37,845 bases of DNA from Chthonomonadaceae bacterium (GCA_035650735.1 DASRGZ010000021.1:1-37845); one strand, 5' to 3'. Counted from the first letter of the stretch, positions 26,503-35,539 are shown. Program-made: numbers and translations. Notes: generated by a model from the letters alone, not told the origin.

Positions 26503-27729
26503 CTATCTCTTGCGGATGACGTTGCTGAGATTGAAGATGGGCATATAGAGCGCCAGCAGCACGAACAGGACAATGCCGCCGACGATCACCGTCAGCAACG
26601 GCTCCATCATGCGGGTCAACTTCTGGACGGTATACTCGATGTCCCGGTCGTAGAAGTGGGTCAGCTCGTTGAGCATCTCGTCCAGGTTTCCTGACTCTTC
26701 TCCGGCGGCGATCATGCGCGTGACGATAGGCGGGAACTCGCCGGATTGTTCCATCGGCATCCAGAGCCGGGCGCCTTGCTTGACAAACTCGGCAATTTTC
26801 TGGACGGCATCGATGATGATAACGTTGTTAGCCACGCGGGCCGAGATTTGCAGCGCCTGCAAAATCGGCACGCCAGCGCGAATCATGGCCGCCAGAGTGC
26901 GGGTGAAGCGGGCGATGGCGATCTTGCGGTTGAGCTTACCGAAAAGCCAGACCCGCAGCTTGAAGTTATCCCACAGATGCCGCCCTCGGGGCGTGCTGAT
27001 AAACCGGCGGAACAGGTAGAAGCAGACCACGGCGCCAACCACCGCGATGACGTCGAACAAGGGGGTCGTCGCCCATTGGCTGATTTTGATCAGCAGCAGC
27101 GTAATGCCCGGCAGGGGCGCATTGAAGTCCTGATAGACTTTGGCAAATGTCGGAATGATAAAGAAGACAATAATGCTGACCACGAACACCGCCGTCGCCA
27201 CAACAATAGCCGGATAGGTAACGGCGGCTTTGACCTTCTCGCGCAGCTCGGCCTCTTTGTCAAACTGCTGTGCGGCGGTCTCCAGCGTTTCATCCAGGAC
27301 GCCGCCCGCCTCGCCGGCCCGGATCAAGGCGGTATAGAGCTCGGTAAAAACGGTGGGGTGCTTACTGGCCGCTTCGGCGAAGCTGCTGCCGCTGAGAATA
27401 TCGCGGCGCACCTGCTGGATGACTTCCCGCAGATAGAGGTTTTCGGTCTGCGCAGCGACGGTATGCAGGCACTCATTCAGGGGCATACCGGCCCGCACCA
27501 GCGTGGCTAGCTGGCGACTGGCGACCACCATATCCCCGATGCGCACGCGCTTGCCCCGCCGACGCGCCTGGGTCATCCCCTCTCCGCCGGCATCCTGGAC
27601 CGTCGCGCTGGTCAGGTAGAGGTCGCGCTCGCGCAGTTGCTCTCGGACCGCCGCAACATCGGAGCTGATCAGGCTGCCCTGGATCGGATTGCCGTTGCGA
27701 TCTCGGGCAGTGTAGATGAACGTTGGCAT
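26503..27729 (-). CDS. pilC: Platform protein PilC/GspF
   Basis: RQLATLVRAGMPL, IRAGEAGGVL, AVTYP, AGEESGNLDEML, MMEP and LYMPIF. Confidence 0.95.
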   Translation of the reverse strand: MPTFIYTARDRNGNPIQGSLISSDVAAVREQLRERDLYLTSATVQDAGGEGMTQARRRGKRVRIGDMVVASRQLATLVRAGMPLNECLHTVAAQTENLYLREVIQQVRRDILSGSSFAEAASKHPTVFTELYTALIRAGEAGGVLDETLETAAQQFDKEAELREKVKAAVTYPAIVVATAVFVVSIIVFFIIPTFAKVYQDFNAPLPGITLLLIKISQWATTPLFDVIAVVGAVVCFYLFRRFISTPRGRHLWDNFKLRVWLFGKLNRKIAIARFTRTLAAMIRAGVPILQALQISARVANNVIIIDAVQKIAEFVKQGARLWMPMEQSGEFPPIVTRMIAAGEESGNLDEMLNELTHFYDRDIEYTVQKLTRMMEPLLTVIVGGIVLFVLLALYMPIFNLSNVIRKR

Positions 27730-27903
27730 GGCCTTGCTTACTCCATGAAACCCAAACCAGATTACACACTTTCACAGGGGCCGTGCAAGGAGACGCACAG
27801 CCGCAGCAGGGTGCCTTTGTGGCGAATCGCTGCATGCGCTCTATTCGACGGGCCTGCGGCATATTCCTCTTTTGCTCTTTTGCCTCGCTCCTGGTCCAGC
27901 GGA

Positions 27904-28118
27904 CCTAACCCCCCGGCCCCCTTCCCTACTACGTTCGCTCCGCTCACAGGGAAGGGGGGACCCGGCTTCTCTTCCCCCTTCTCCCTGCTAGGGAGAAGGG
28001 ACGGGGATGAGGGGAGAACAAGGCTTCTCCTCTCCCCTCTGCCGCAGCGCTGGGGGTCGCTAGGCGGAGGCCCGAACCATTGCAGGGCCGACCCTAGCAG
28101 TGGGCCGGGGGTGAGGGC
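27904..28118. repeat. Composite palindromic repeat between pilB and pilC
   Basis: cctaacccccggccccttccc..tacgttcgctccgctcacagggaaggggg; cccttctccc/gggagaaggg; module ggcggaggcccgaaccattgcagggccgaccctagcagt. Confidence 0.8.
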
Positions 28119-28136
28119 GTCTGGGAATACGGGCAG

Positions 28137-29849
28137 CTACTCCTCAAGTACCAGGTTGCGAGTCACTTCCTCCAGCGTGGTAATGCCGCGCAGAACCTTC
28201 TCGACGCCGGAGTCGCGCATGGTCTTCATGCCCTGCTGGATGGCGACCTCGCGGATCGTGGCGCTGGAAGCGCGCTTGATGGTGAGATCACGCAGCTCGT
28301 CCGTCATGGGCATGAGCTCATAGACGCCGGTACGGCCCTTCATGCCGCGCCCGCCGCATTTGGCGCAGCCGCGCCCCCGAGCCAGCATTGTGGAGAACTC
28401 ATCGGTGTGCGGCATCCCCAGGGCTTCCATTTCCGCCGGGGTGGCTGGCACCTCTTCGCGGCAGGCCGGGCAGATCGTGCGCAGCAGGCGCTGGCCGATC
28501 ACGCCGATCAGGGCCGAGGCGATCAGGAACGGCTCCACGCCCATGTTCATCAGGCGGGTGATGGCGCCCGGCGCGTCGTTGGTGTGCAGGGTGCTCATCA
28601 CCAGGTGGCCGGTGAGGGCGGCCTGCACGGCTATCTCAGCGGTATCCCGGTCGCGGATCTCACCGACCATGATCACGTCCGGGTCCTGGCGCACCAGGGT
28701 TTTGAGGCCCGTGGCGAAGGTGACGCCGATTTTGGGGTCCACCTGGGTATGGTTGATGCCGGGGATCATGTACTCGACCGGGTCTTCGACCGTGCTGATG
28801 TTGCGCGCCGGGTCGTTGATGCGAGTCAGCGCGGCCTGGAGAGTCGTGGATTTGCCGGAGCCAGTCGGCCCGGTGAGCAGGATCATGCCGTAAGGCCGCC
28901 TGATGAATCGCTCGAACAGCTCCTGCTGCTCGGGGAAGAAGCCGACCTGCTCCAGGGTGATCTGGCGATTGCGCTCCAGGATGCGCATAACGACTTTTTC
29001 GCCGTAGATGGTAGGCATAATCGAGACGCGCAGGTCGTTTTCCCGTCCGGAGCTCTTGAAAAGGATACGCCCGTCCTGGGCGCGGCGGCGCTCGGCGATA
29101 TTGAGCTTGGCCATGATCTTGATGCGCGAGGCGACCGCCGCCTGGTAGTTGGGCGGGAAGGTCATCTGCTCAATCAGCAGGCCATCAATGCGGTAGCGGA
29201 CGCGCACCACCGCCTCCATCGGCTCGATATGGATGTCGCTGGCGCCGCTGGCGATGGCGCCGGTGATAATGCTATGGACCAGTTTGACGACGGGGGCGTC
29301 TTCGGCGCTGGAGATCAGCTCTTCCTCGGACTGCTCCTGGATTTCCCAGGAGGGGCGCTCATCGAAGGATTCGATGATCTCCTGGGCCTGCTTGTTGACG
29401 TCGAAGGCGCGGTTAATGGCGTCGTTGAGGTCAGCCTCAAAGGCCAGCACTGGGGTGATGCGCCGATTGAGCAGGGCGGCCAGCTCATCCACTACGCCCA
29501 GGTTCAGCGGATCGGACATGGCGACCAGGACGTCGCCGCCCCGGTCTTTGATGGGCAGCGCTTGCAGCCTGCGGGCCCGCAGCTCCGAAATTCGCTGGGC
29601 TATCTCCTTCTCAATGGGCCAGTCGGCCAACTCGACGAACTGGCACTTGGTGGCCGCTTCCAGATAACGCCCCAGCACTTTGGGGGCAATACATCCCATC
29701 TGCAATAGCGTCTCGCCCAGGCGCTTCTTGGTCTGGGTTTGGCGGATGAGGGCGGCTTGTAATTGCTCCTGCGAGATCAGCCCATCATTGATGAGCTGCT
29801 CGCCCAGGTGACTACTCCGGTTGTATAGGGGTTTCAGGCTTTCAATCAT
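28137..29849 (-). CDS. pilB: Extension ATPase PilB/GspE with N-terminal MshEN domain
   Basis: ASDIHIEP, GPTGSGKST, TVEDPVEY, RQDPDVIMVGEIRD, STLHTN and CPAC..CAKC zinc motif. Confidence 0.95.
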   Translation of the reverse strand: MIESLKPLYNRSSHLGEQLINDGLISQEQLQAALIRQTQTKKRLGETLLQMGCIAPKVLGRYLEAATKCQFVELADWPIEKEIAQRISELRARRLQALPIKDRGGDVLVAMSDPLNLGVVDELAALLNRRITPVLAFEADLNDAINRAFDVNKQAQEIIESFDERPSWEIQEQSEEELISSAEDAPVVKLVHSIITGAIASGASDIHIEPMEAVVRVRYRIDGLLIEQMTFPPNYQAAVASRIKIMAKLNIAERRRAQDGRILFKSSGRENDLRVSIMPTIYGEKVVMRILERNRQITLEQVGFFPEQQELFERFIRRPYGMILLTGPTGSGKSTTLQAALTRINDPARNISTVEDPVEYMIPGINHTQVDPKIGVTFATGLKTLVRQDPDVIMVGEIRDRDTAEIAVQAALTGHLVMSTLHTNDAPGAITRLMNMGVEPFLIASALIGVIGQRLLRTICPACREEVPATPAEMEALGMPHTDEFSTMLARGRGCAKCGGRGMKGRTGVYELMPMTDELRDLTIKRASSATIREVAIQQGMKTMRDSGVEKVLRGITTLEEVTRNLVLEE

Positions 29850-30336
29850 CTGACGATCCTTTTCCGCGACTGGACCTCCCTTTACAAGCGGAGGACTCTC
29901 CCGCGTGCCCGTGCGACCTGCAGAACATGGAAGACAGAGGAGTGGCTATAGGTAAGAACGCCGGGTCGGGTTTCAAGAGCGTGTACGGTTAGTTGCCGGA
30001 CAGCCGCTTCGACCGGGCCTGGGTGCCAGGCGCCGGGAAACGCAAGCGATGAGCGGATAGAGAGGGCTTCTAGACCCTCGTACTGGGTAGGAACGACAGG
30101 CCGCATCGCCGGGGAAAGCTACGATGGTCTTGCAACAGGCAGCATGACATGCGAATCATCGGAGGGAGCGGCGGTCTCACCCCGTCTCCAGGGCGATACC
30201 CTACCGGTTTGCGCCACGGCGCTTAAGCGGGAACGACCATTGCATAGCGGGGGAATCTACAGACAAAGCCGCAAGAGGCATCTCGCGAGCCAGCGTGACG
30301 CAATACCATCGGTACTATAGGGCAAGACTTCTCCCA

Positions 30337-30365
30337 ATTATAGGGCAAATCCTGCTTCCTGTCAA
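30337..30365 (-). promoter_or_regulatory. Consensus sigma70 promoter of the pilus cluster
   Basis: Minus strand TTGACA-ggaagcaggatttgccc (17 nt)-TATAAT. Confidence 0.85.
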
Positions 30366-30772
30366 GATGACGCAACGATTTCCCGTAAAATAACCACACG
30401 CGGTTATTTGTCAGTGTTAACGATGCGTTGGCTGTCTCCTCTCCTGCTCCCCGAGCTTGCCGACCCCGCAAGGGTTGAGGTCCTGCGCCGGTGAAGCACT
30501 GTCCAGTAATATTATCGGTATGTTGCATGGCGAAAGCTTAGCATATCGCCAGCAGTGCGCGCAGTGCGCTGCATCACACATGCGCTATGAAAAATGTCAC
30601 TGCCGCCTCAATCAGAGTCCCGCACGTCCGTTTTCCAGGGAAACCCAGCCCGTGCCTGCGTGGGAGGGCAGCACAGCCGCCCGCCGTAGGGCGCGAGCAA
30701 GCCTGATGGGACGTGCGGACATCCTGGGCGTCATTATGGAGAAGGCGCTTCTTGGCGGGGAGAAAATCCCAA

Positions 30773-31969
30773 TCAGCTTACCACGGGCAGGGGAATGAAG
30801 GTGCGCTCCGAGGGCTGCTCGTCCTCCGGGCGCGGCGGGACTTCGTGGTAGAGGCTGTCGCGCTCCACGGGCACGCGGCCCGCTTCGGTGATCAGCCGGA
30901 TCATCTGGCGGCGCGTCAAGACCTGCCGCTTGTTGCCCTGCTCTCCGTCCTGATAGGTGATCTCGTACTCGTGGACGGTCCCATCCACGTCATCGGCCCC
31001 GTACCAGAGGGCCAACTGCGTGATCTGCGGGGAGTTCATGATCCAGAAGGATTTGATGTGGGCGAAATTATCCAAAACCAGTCGGCAGACGGCGATGTTG
31101 CGCAGGTCGTCATAGCCGGTCGGGTGCGCAACATGTTCGAGCTCCGTGCCCTCGGGATGGAACGAGAGCGGCGTCATGGTGACGAAGTGGCCGGTCTCAT
31201 CCTGGAGGGCGCGCAATTGGATGAGGTGATCGGCCCGCTCCTCGACGGTCTCGATGTGGCCGTAGAGCATCGTGGCGTACTGCGTCAGGCCAACCTTCGC
31301 CGCCGCACGCGCTACCTCCATCCACTCGTTGCCGTCAAGCTTGCGCTCGAAAAGCTCCTGGTGCACCCGGTCGGAGAGGATCTCGATGCCGCCTCCCGGC
31401 AGCGAGTCCAGCCCCGCCGCTATCAGGTCACGCAGCACCGCCTCCATCGGCTTTTGGGCGACTCGCTGTATCTCGGCCAGCTCCACCGCCGTAAACGCCT
31501 TGATGTGCACGTCCGGGCGCACTTCCTTGACGGTCTTAAGCAGGTCGAGGTAGTACTGATAGGGCAGGCGCGGGTTGATGCCGCCGACCATGTGGACTTC
31601 GGTAATCGGCACGTCCCGATGGGCCAGCAGGCGGCGGCGGACCTCCTCCATATCCATCTGGTAGGGGGCAGGCCCGCCTTTTTTGGCGTAGAAGGAGCAG
31701 AACTTACAGAACTTGTTGCAGATATTGGTGTAGTTAATATGCTGGTTACGGACATAGTAGGCGCGGTCGCCATGCAGCCGCTCGCGCACGTAGTTTGCCA
31801 GGTAGCCGACGGCGGAAAGGTTGGGCGTGCGGTAGAGGCGAACGGCATCGTCATAGGTCAGGCGCTCCTGGGCCTGCACCTTCTCGTAGATATCCATCAA
31901 CTCCGCGCCGATGTAGCGCTCCGCGCGCTTCCGCGCGCTATTGGTTGTCTCTGGCTCTGTGATCGCCAT
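30773..31969 (-). CDS. mqnE: Aminofutalosine synthase MqnE (radical SAM, CofH/MqnC family)
   Basis: INYTNICNKFCKFCSF, HIKAFTAVE, SLPGGGIEI, ATMLYGHIET, LDNFAHIKSFWIM and GADDVDGTV; AGGAGG RBS before ATG 31969. Confidence 0.88.
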   Translation of the reverse strand: MAITEPETTNSARKRAERYIGAELMDIYEKVQAQERLTYDDAVRLYRTPNLSAVGYLANYVRERLHGDRAYYVRNQHINYTNICNKFCKFCSFYAKKGGPAPYQMDMEEVRRRLLAHRDVPITEVHMVGGINPRLPYQYYLDLLKTVKEVRPDVHIKAFTAVELAEIQRVAQKPMEAVLRDLIAAGLDSLPGGGIEILSDRVHQELFERKLDGNEWMEVARAAAKVGLTQYATMLYGHIETVEERADHLIQLRALQDETGHFVTMTPLSFHPEGTELEHVAHPTGYDDLRNIAVCRLVLDNFAHIKSFWIMNSPQITQLALWYGADDVDGTVHEYEITYQDGEQGNKRQVLTRRQMIRLITEAGRVPVERDSLYHEVPPRPEDEQPSERTFIPLPVVS

Positions 31970-32134
31970 CTCAGGCGGCCTCCTGCGCAGCAGCACAGCG
32001 TATTTTTGCCTACGCTCTCCTGCCCGCACCTACACATAATCACGCACGTACCGCTGATTATACCTGCCCTATAGGGGAATAGACAACGTTCTCGGCCCAA
32101 AAACTTCACACTATCCGCCGCAAATTCTCCTGTT

Positions 32135-32553
32135 GCCCTCACCCCCTGTCCCCACTGCCAGGGTCGGCGCTCAACGGACTGCCAGGGACGCCGCTCAACG
32201 GTTCGCGGCTCTGCCTTGCGACACCCCTCCGCCTGGCGACCCCCGGCGCTGCGGCAGAGGGGAGAGGCTCTCACTCCCAGGTTCTTCGGTTCTGCCTTAT
32301 CTCCCCTCCTCCCCGGCCCTTCTCCCTGCAAGGAAGAAGGGGGAAGAGAAGCCAACTCTGACTCTCCCCTCTCCTTCTAAAGGAGAGGGGAAGGGGGTGA
32401 GGTCTGTAGGAGAGCAGAAGCCGGGTCCCCCCTTCTCTGTGAGCGGAGCAAAGGTTCCTTAGTCCCTTAGAACCTTAGAACCCTAGCACCCTCAGAACCC
32501 TAGCACCTTGTGAGCGTAGCGAACGTATTAGGGAAGGGGGACGGGGGTTAGGT
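32135..32553. repeat. Large composite palindromic repeat cluster with nested 24-bp and 9-mer tandem repeats
   Basis: Inverted homolog of 27904-28118; 24-bp tandem at 32154-32177 and 32178-32201; 9-mer array at 32456-32507. Confidence 0.8.
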
Positions 32554-34418
32554 TAGCGCCGGGCGGATTGCACCCGGTTGAAGTCGAGCGCGTAGAGCGT
32601 ATGGTCGTTGGCCGCAAACAGCCTGGTTCCGTATCGCCTTGCCAGCTTCGAAAGCGTGGTGGGCTCCAATTGCATGCGGCGGCGGCAGTAGTGGCTCTGG
32701 GCACAGTCCGGGGGAAACGTAGTCTTCAGCACCAGATGCGTAATGCCGAGGCGACGAAAATCCTCTTTCAAGCGCTCCAGCGAGCCGTAGTGCAGGGAAT
32801 CCTGGAGCCAGCAGTCGGGCCACATCGCCAGCGCGTTATAGTAAACGAGATTATATTCGTACGTGCCGACCAGAATACGGGACGTGGGCGGAATGTGCGC
32901 GTTCGCGTACTCCGTAACGGCATAGTCAGGCATCTGGGCGCGCAGGAAGTCCTCGCGCGTGGTGCGTCCCAGCGCGACGCGCAAGGCCGTAGCGAGCGGA
33001 GGCTCCGGTTTACCAACGAGAAAGCCTACCGTCATGAGGGCGACGCCCCCGCAGAGAACCGGCGCGAGCATTCGCTCTCTGCCGCGAAAGACGCTCGCCC
33101 AGCAGGCCAGCGCTGCCGGAAAGATGGGCATCAGGAAGCGCGGGTGAAAGTAATTTCCCACGCAGATACAGGCCAGAAACAGCCCCGCCGCGCCCGCCGG
33201 AACCGCAAAGCGCGAGCCCCGCGTGGCGCGCAGTATCCAGATGCAGAACGCGAGGCCGACGGCGGCGAGGACGGTATGCGCCAGGGTCAGGATAAAGGGC
33301 GTGGGCTGCATACCGGGCGGCGTGTTTAGAATCAGGTGCGCCCGCTTGTAGTTGGCCCAGCCTGTCGGCGTCCACTCCCTGCCGCCGAAGAGGGCGTAGC
33401 CCATCGGATAGAGCGGATTGCCGGTCAAGACCCAGGTTTTCAAGAACCAGGGCAGGACGATAGCGGTCGCGATGGCCCCATAAGCGAGGGCGCGCGGGAG
33501 AAAATGGGCTCTGCCGGCACGGCGATCCAGAAGGGCACGCAGCAGAACCAGCGAGACAATGACCCAGACGCCAGTGAGCTTGGTCGTCGCCGCCAGCCCC
33601 GCGCAGACGGCGGACAGGCGATTCCACTGGGCCTCTTCCTGCCCTGTCTCAGCCAGAGTCGCGCGATGCAGCGCCATGATCGCCAGCGTCGTGAAGAGGG
33701 TCAGTCCCACATCCACGATGGCGAGCGTCATCTGCTGCCAGAACCCGCCTGCCGAGGACCCATCCAGCAGCAGAAACAGGCCAATCGCGCCCCAGCCCGC
33801 GAACGCTCCTGCGAAGCGGCGGGCGAACAGGTAGAGCGCGATCAGGGTCAGCACGCCCATGAGGAACTGGACGATGGCGACGGGCGCCTGGGGATGTAAC
33901 GCCAGGAGCAGCGCCGTCAGCATCTCCATCCCGCTGGGCCAATTGGTCGGCGTCAGAGTCGGCAGGTAGATAAAGCGCCCGTTTTGCAGAAAGCGCACGG
34001 AGATGGAGAGATGGTAGGAGACGGCGTCGCCGTTAAAGGGCGGACACAGGGCGCGGGCATAAAGCGCCAACAGCGCAACCGTCAGCAGGCACAACAGGAC
34101 GCGCTGCCACCACAACGCCAGGCGCACGGTTTGCGCCCAGCGCCAGCCCGCGCGTACGACGGCGGCCATGTCGGGGATAAGGAGCAGCGCCAGAATTGCC
34201 GTCGTCCAGCGGAGCGTAGCGGGGTGCCCGAAGTCGAGCGCGAACAACAGAAAGGGAACAAACTGGAGCGCGCCCAGGCCCAACGCCGTCGCGAACAGCC
34301 CATACTCCGCCCTATCCGGGATACGCACGCGCAACAGGCCAAGCAGGCGGCGGCCTAAAGCGGCGGAGAGGAGCATGAGCCAGACAATTTGCAGCGTGCC
34401 AAGAACAAGAGGAGGCAT
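32553..34418 (-). CDS. Polytopic membrane GT-C fold glycosyltransferase (ArnT/PMT-like)
   Basis: Many TM helices; PPFNGDAVSYHL first-loop motif, GLAATTKLTG, PWFLKTWVLTGNPLYP and RFLMP; start uncertain (34418 or 34439). Confidence 0.75.
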   Translation of the reverse strand: MPPLVLGTLQIVWLMLLSAALGRRLLGLLRVRIPDRAEYGLFATALGLGALQFVPFLLFALDFGHPATLRWTTAILALLLIPDMAAVVRAGWRWAQTVRLALWWQRVLLCLLTVALLALYARALCPPFNGDAVSYHLSISVRFLQNGRFIYLPTLTPTNWPSGMEMLTALLLALHPQAPVAIVQFLMGVLTLIALYLFARRFAGAFAGWGAIGLFLLLDGSSAGGFWQQMTLAIVDVGLTLFTTLAIMALHRATLAETGQEEAQWNRLSAVCAGLAATTKLTGVWVIVSLVLLRALLDRRAGRAHFLPRALAYGAIATAIVLPWFLKTWVLTGNPLYPMGYALFGGREWTPTGWANYKRAHLILNTPPGMQPTPFILTLAHTVLAAVGLAFCIWILRATRGSRFAVPAGAAGLFLACICVGNYFHPRFLMPIFPAALACWASVFRGRERMLAPVLCGGVALMTVGFLVGKPEPPLATALRVALGRTTREDFLRAQMPDYAVTEYANAHIPPTSRILVGTYEYNLVYYNALAMWPDCWLQDSLHYGSLERLKEDFRRLGITHLVLKTTFPPDCAQSHYCRRRMQLEPTTLSKLARRYGTRLFAANDHTLYALDFNRVQSARR

Positions 34419-34620
34419 CCTATAGACCTGAACTACCAAATTGCAACCGTCTACTATTCTGTAACGGAGGGCACACCGTTTGCAAGCGAGCGACCAAGAC
34501 TGCTTCTTATTAGCTTATCCGATCTCGATTGGTATCCGCGCGCCTGTTTAGCATCAGGACCCTTCCGAACGAAAAAGGAAAGGAGGAATACTGCCGGAAG
34601 CACACAGAAGGAGGGTCACG

Positions 34621-35373
34621 ATGCCTCGACGAGATCAAAAAGAGCTTTTAGAAGATATACCTCGCCTGCTAGAGATGCTGACCTGCGGCACGCCGGAAAC
34701 GCAGCAGGGTCTGTTGCGCCTGCTCTGTCCCTGCCGCACGCGCTGCTTTGCGGACGAGGTCTGGGCGGCTATCTGCCGCGCCTACGATAGCCCGGAATCC
34801 GCGCCGAGAGTGCGCGATCAGGCGTTCCATGCGCTGGAAACGCTGGTGGATCGCGCCCGCACCGATGCGCGCTGGAAAGAGATGCTTACCCATCTAAAGG
34901 AACAGGGCCTCTTGGCGCTGCCCCTGGAGAAGCCCCTCCCGACGACCAAAAAGCCCACTGCCGCCAAGAAGCGCGAGCCCAAAGTGCGCTCGTGGGACTT
35001 GCCACGCCTGCTGGCAACGCTGGAATGCGGCGATCCGCAGGAGCAGAAGGACACGCTGCGCTCGCTGTGCCCCTGCCGTAACCCCCGCTACGATCAGGAG
35101 GTCTGGCTGGCTATCTTCCGGGCCTACGAGTGCGAGGAGAACGTCCTGGTGCGGGACCAGGCATTTCACGCCATTGATACACTGTTCAAGCGCGCCCGCA
35201 TCGATCCCCGCTCCCAGGAGCTCCTGCGCTGGCTGGCCGACCAGGGGGTCGTCCCACAGACGCTGGATGGCGTTATTCCTGAATGGCAGCCGGTCGGACG
35301 CGGCGGACTGAACGGCCTGTACATTCCACGCTACGAGCGAAGCCCACGCTCTAAAGCCAACCGCCGCCGCTAA
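34621..35373 (+). CDS. Hypothetical protein with two tandem helical domains of about 85 aa, each with an LCPCR motif
   Basis: AAGGAGG RBS; internal duplication DxPRLL..L.CG.P..Q...LR.LCPCR....EVW.AI.RAY....VRDQAFHA..TL..RAR.D. Confidence 0.75.
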   Translation: MPRRDQKELLEDIPRLLEMLTCGTPETQQGLLRLLCPCRTRCFADEVWAAICRAYDSPESAPRVRDQAFHALETLVDRARTDARWKEMLTHLKEQGLLALPLEKPLPTTKKPTAAKKREPKVRSWDLPRLLATLECGDPQEQKDTLRSLCPCRNPRYDQEVWLAIFRAYECEENVLVRDQAFHAIDTLFKRARIDPRSQELLRWLADQGVVPQTLDGVIPEWQPVGRGGLNGLYIPRYERSPRSKANRRR

Positions 35374-35387
35374 AAAGCCAATACCTC

Positions 35388-35526
35388 AACAGGATGAACA
35401 GGATTACTCAGGATTTACAGGATAAAGGCTAGAGAGAGACACAAGCAGGGCTTGGATGGGTTCTAGAGATAGAAGCAGAGGTTGGGTTGGTTTTAGAAAT
35501 CCTGTTTAATCCTGTAAAATCCTGTT
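35388..35526. repeat. Inverted 9-10-mer tandem repeat (ACAGGAT)n ... (ATCCTGT)n
   Basis: Four CAGGAT units at 35388-35423 and three ATCCTGT units at 35497-35526, between convergent genes. Confidence 0.8.
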
Positions 35527-35539
35527 GGGCCTTTGGCTG

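Noticed and set aside
29882..30106. 74-aa ORF in the pilB leader
   Set aside because: No clear RBS or recognisable motif; cannot be supported without conservation or ribosome-profiling data.
30527..30543. GG-N10-GC sigma54-like spacing on the plus strand
   Set aside because: Poor match (TGGCGA...TAGC) and it points at the 3' end of mqnE with no gene to drive.
28407..32074. Long plus-strand ORFs 28407-29708 and 30713-32074
   Set aside because: Antisense shadows of pilB and mqnE.
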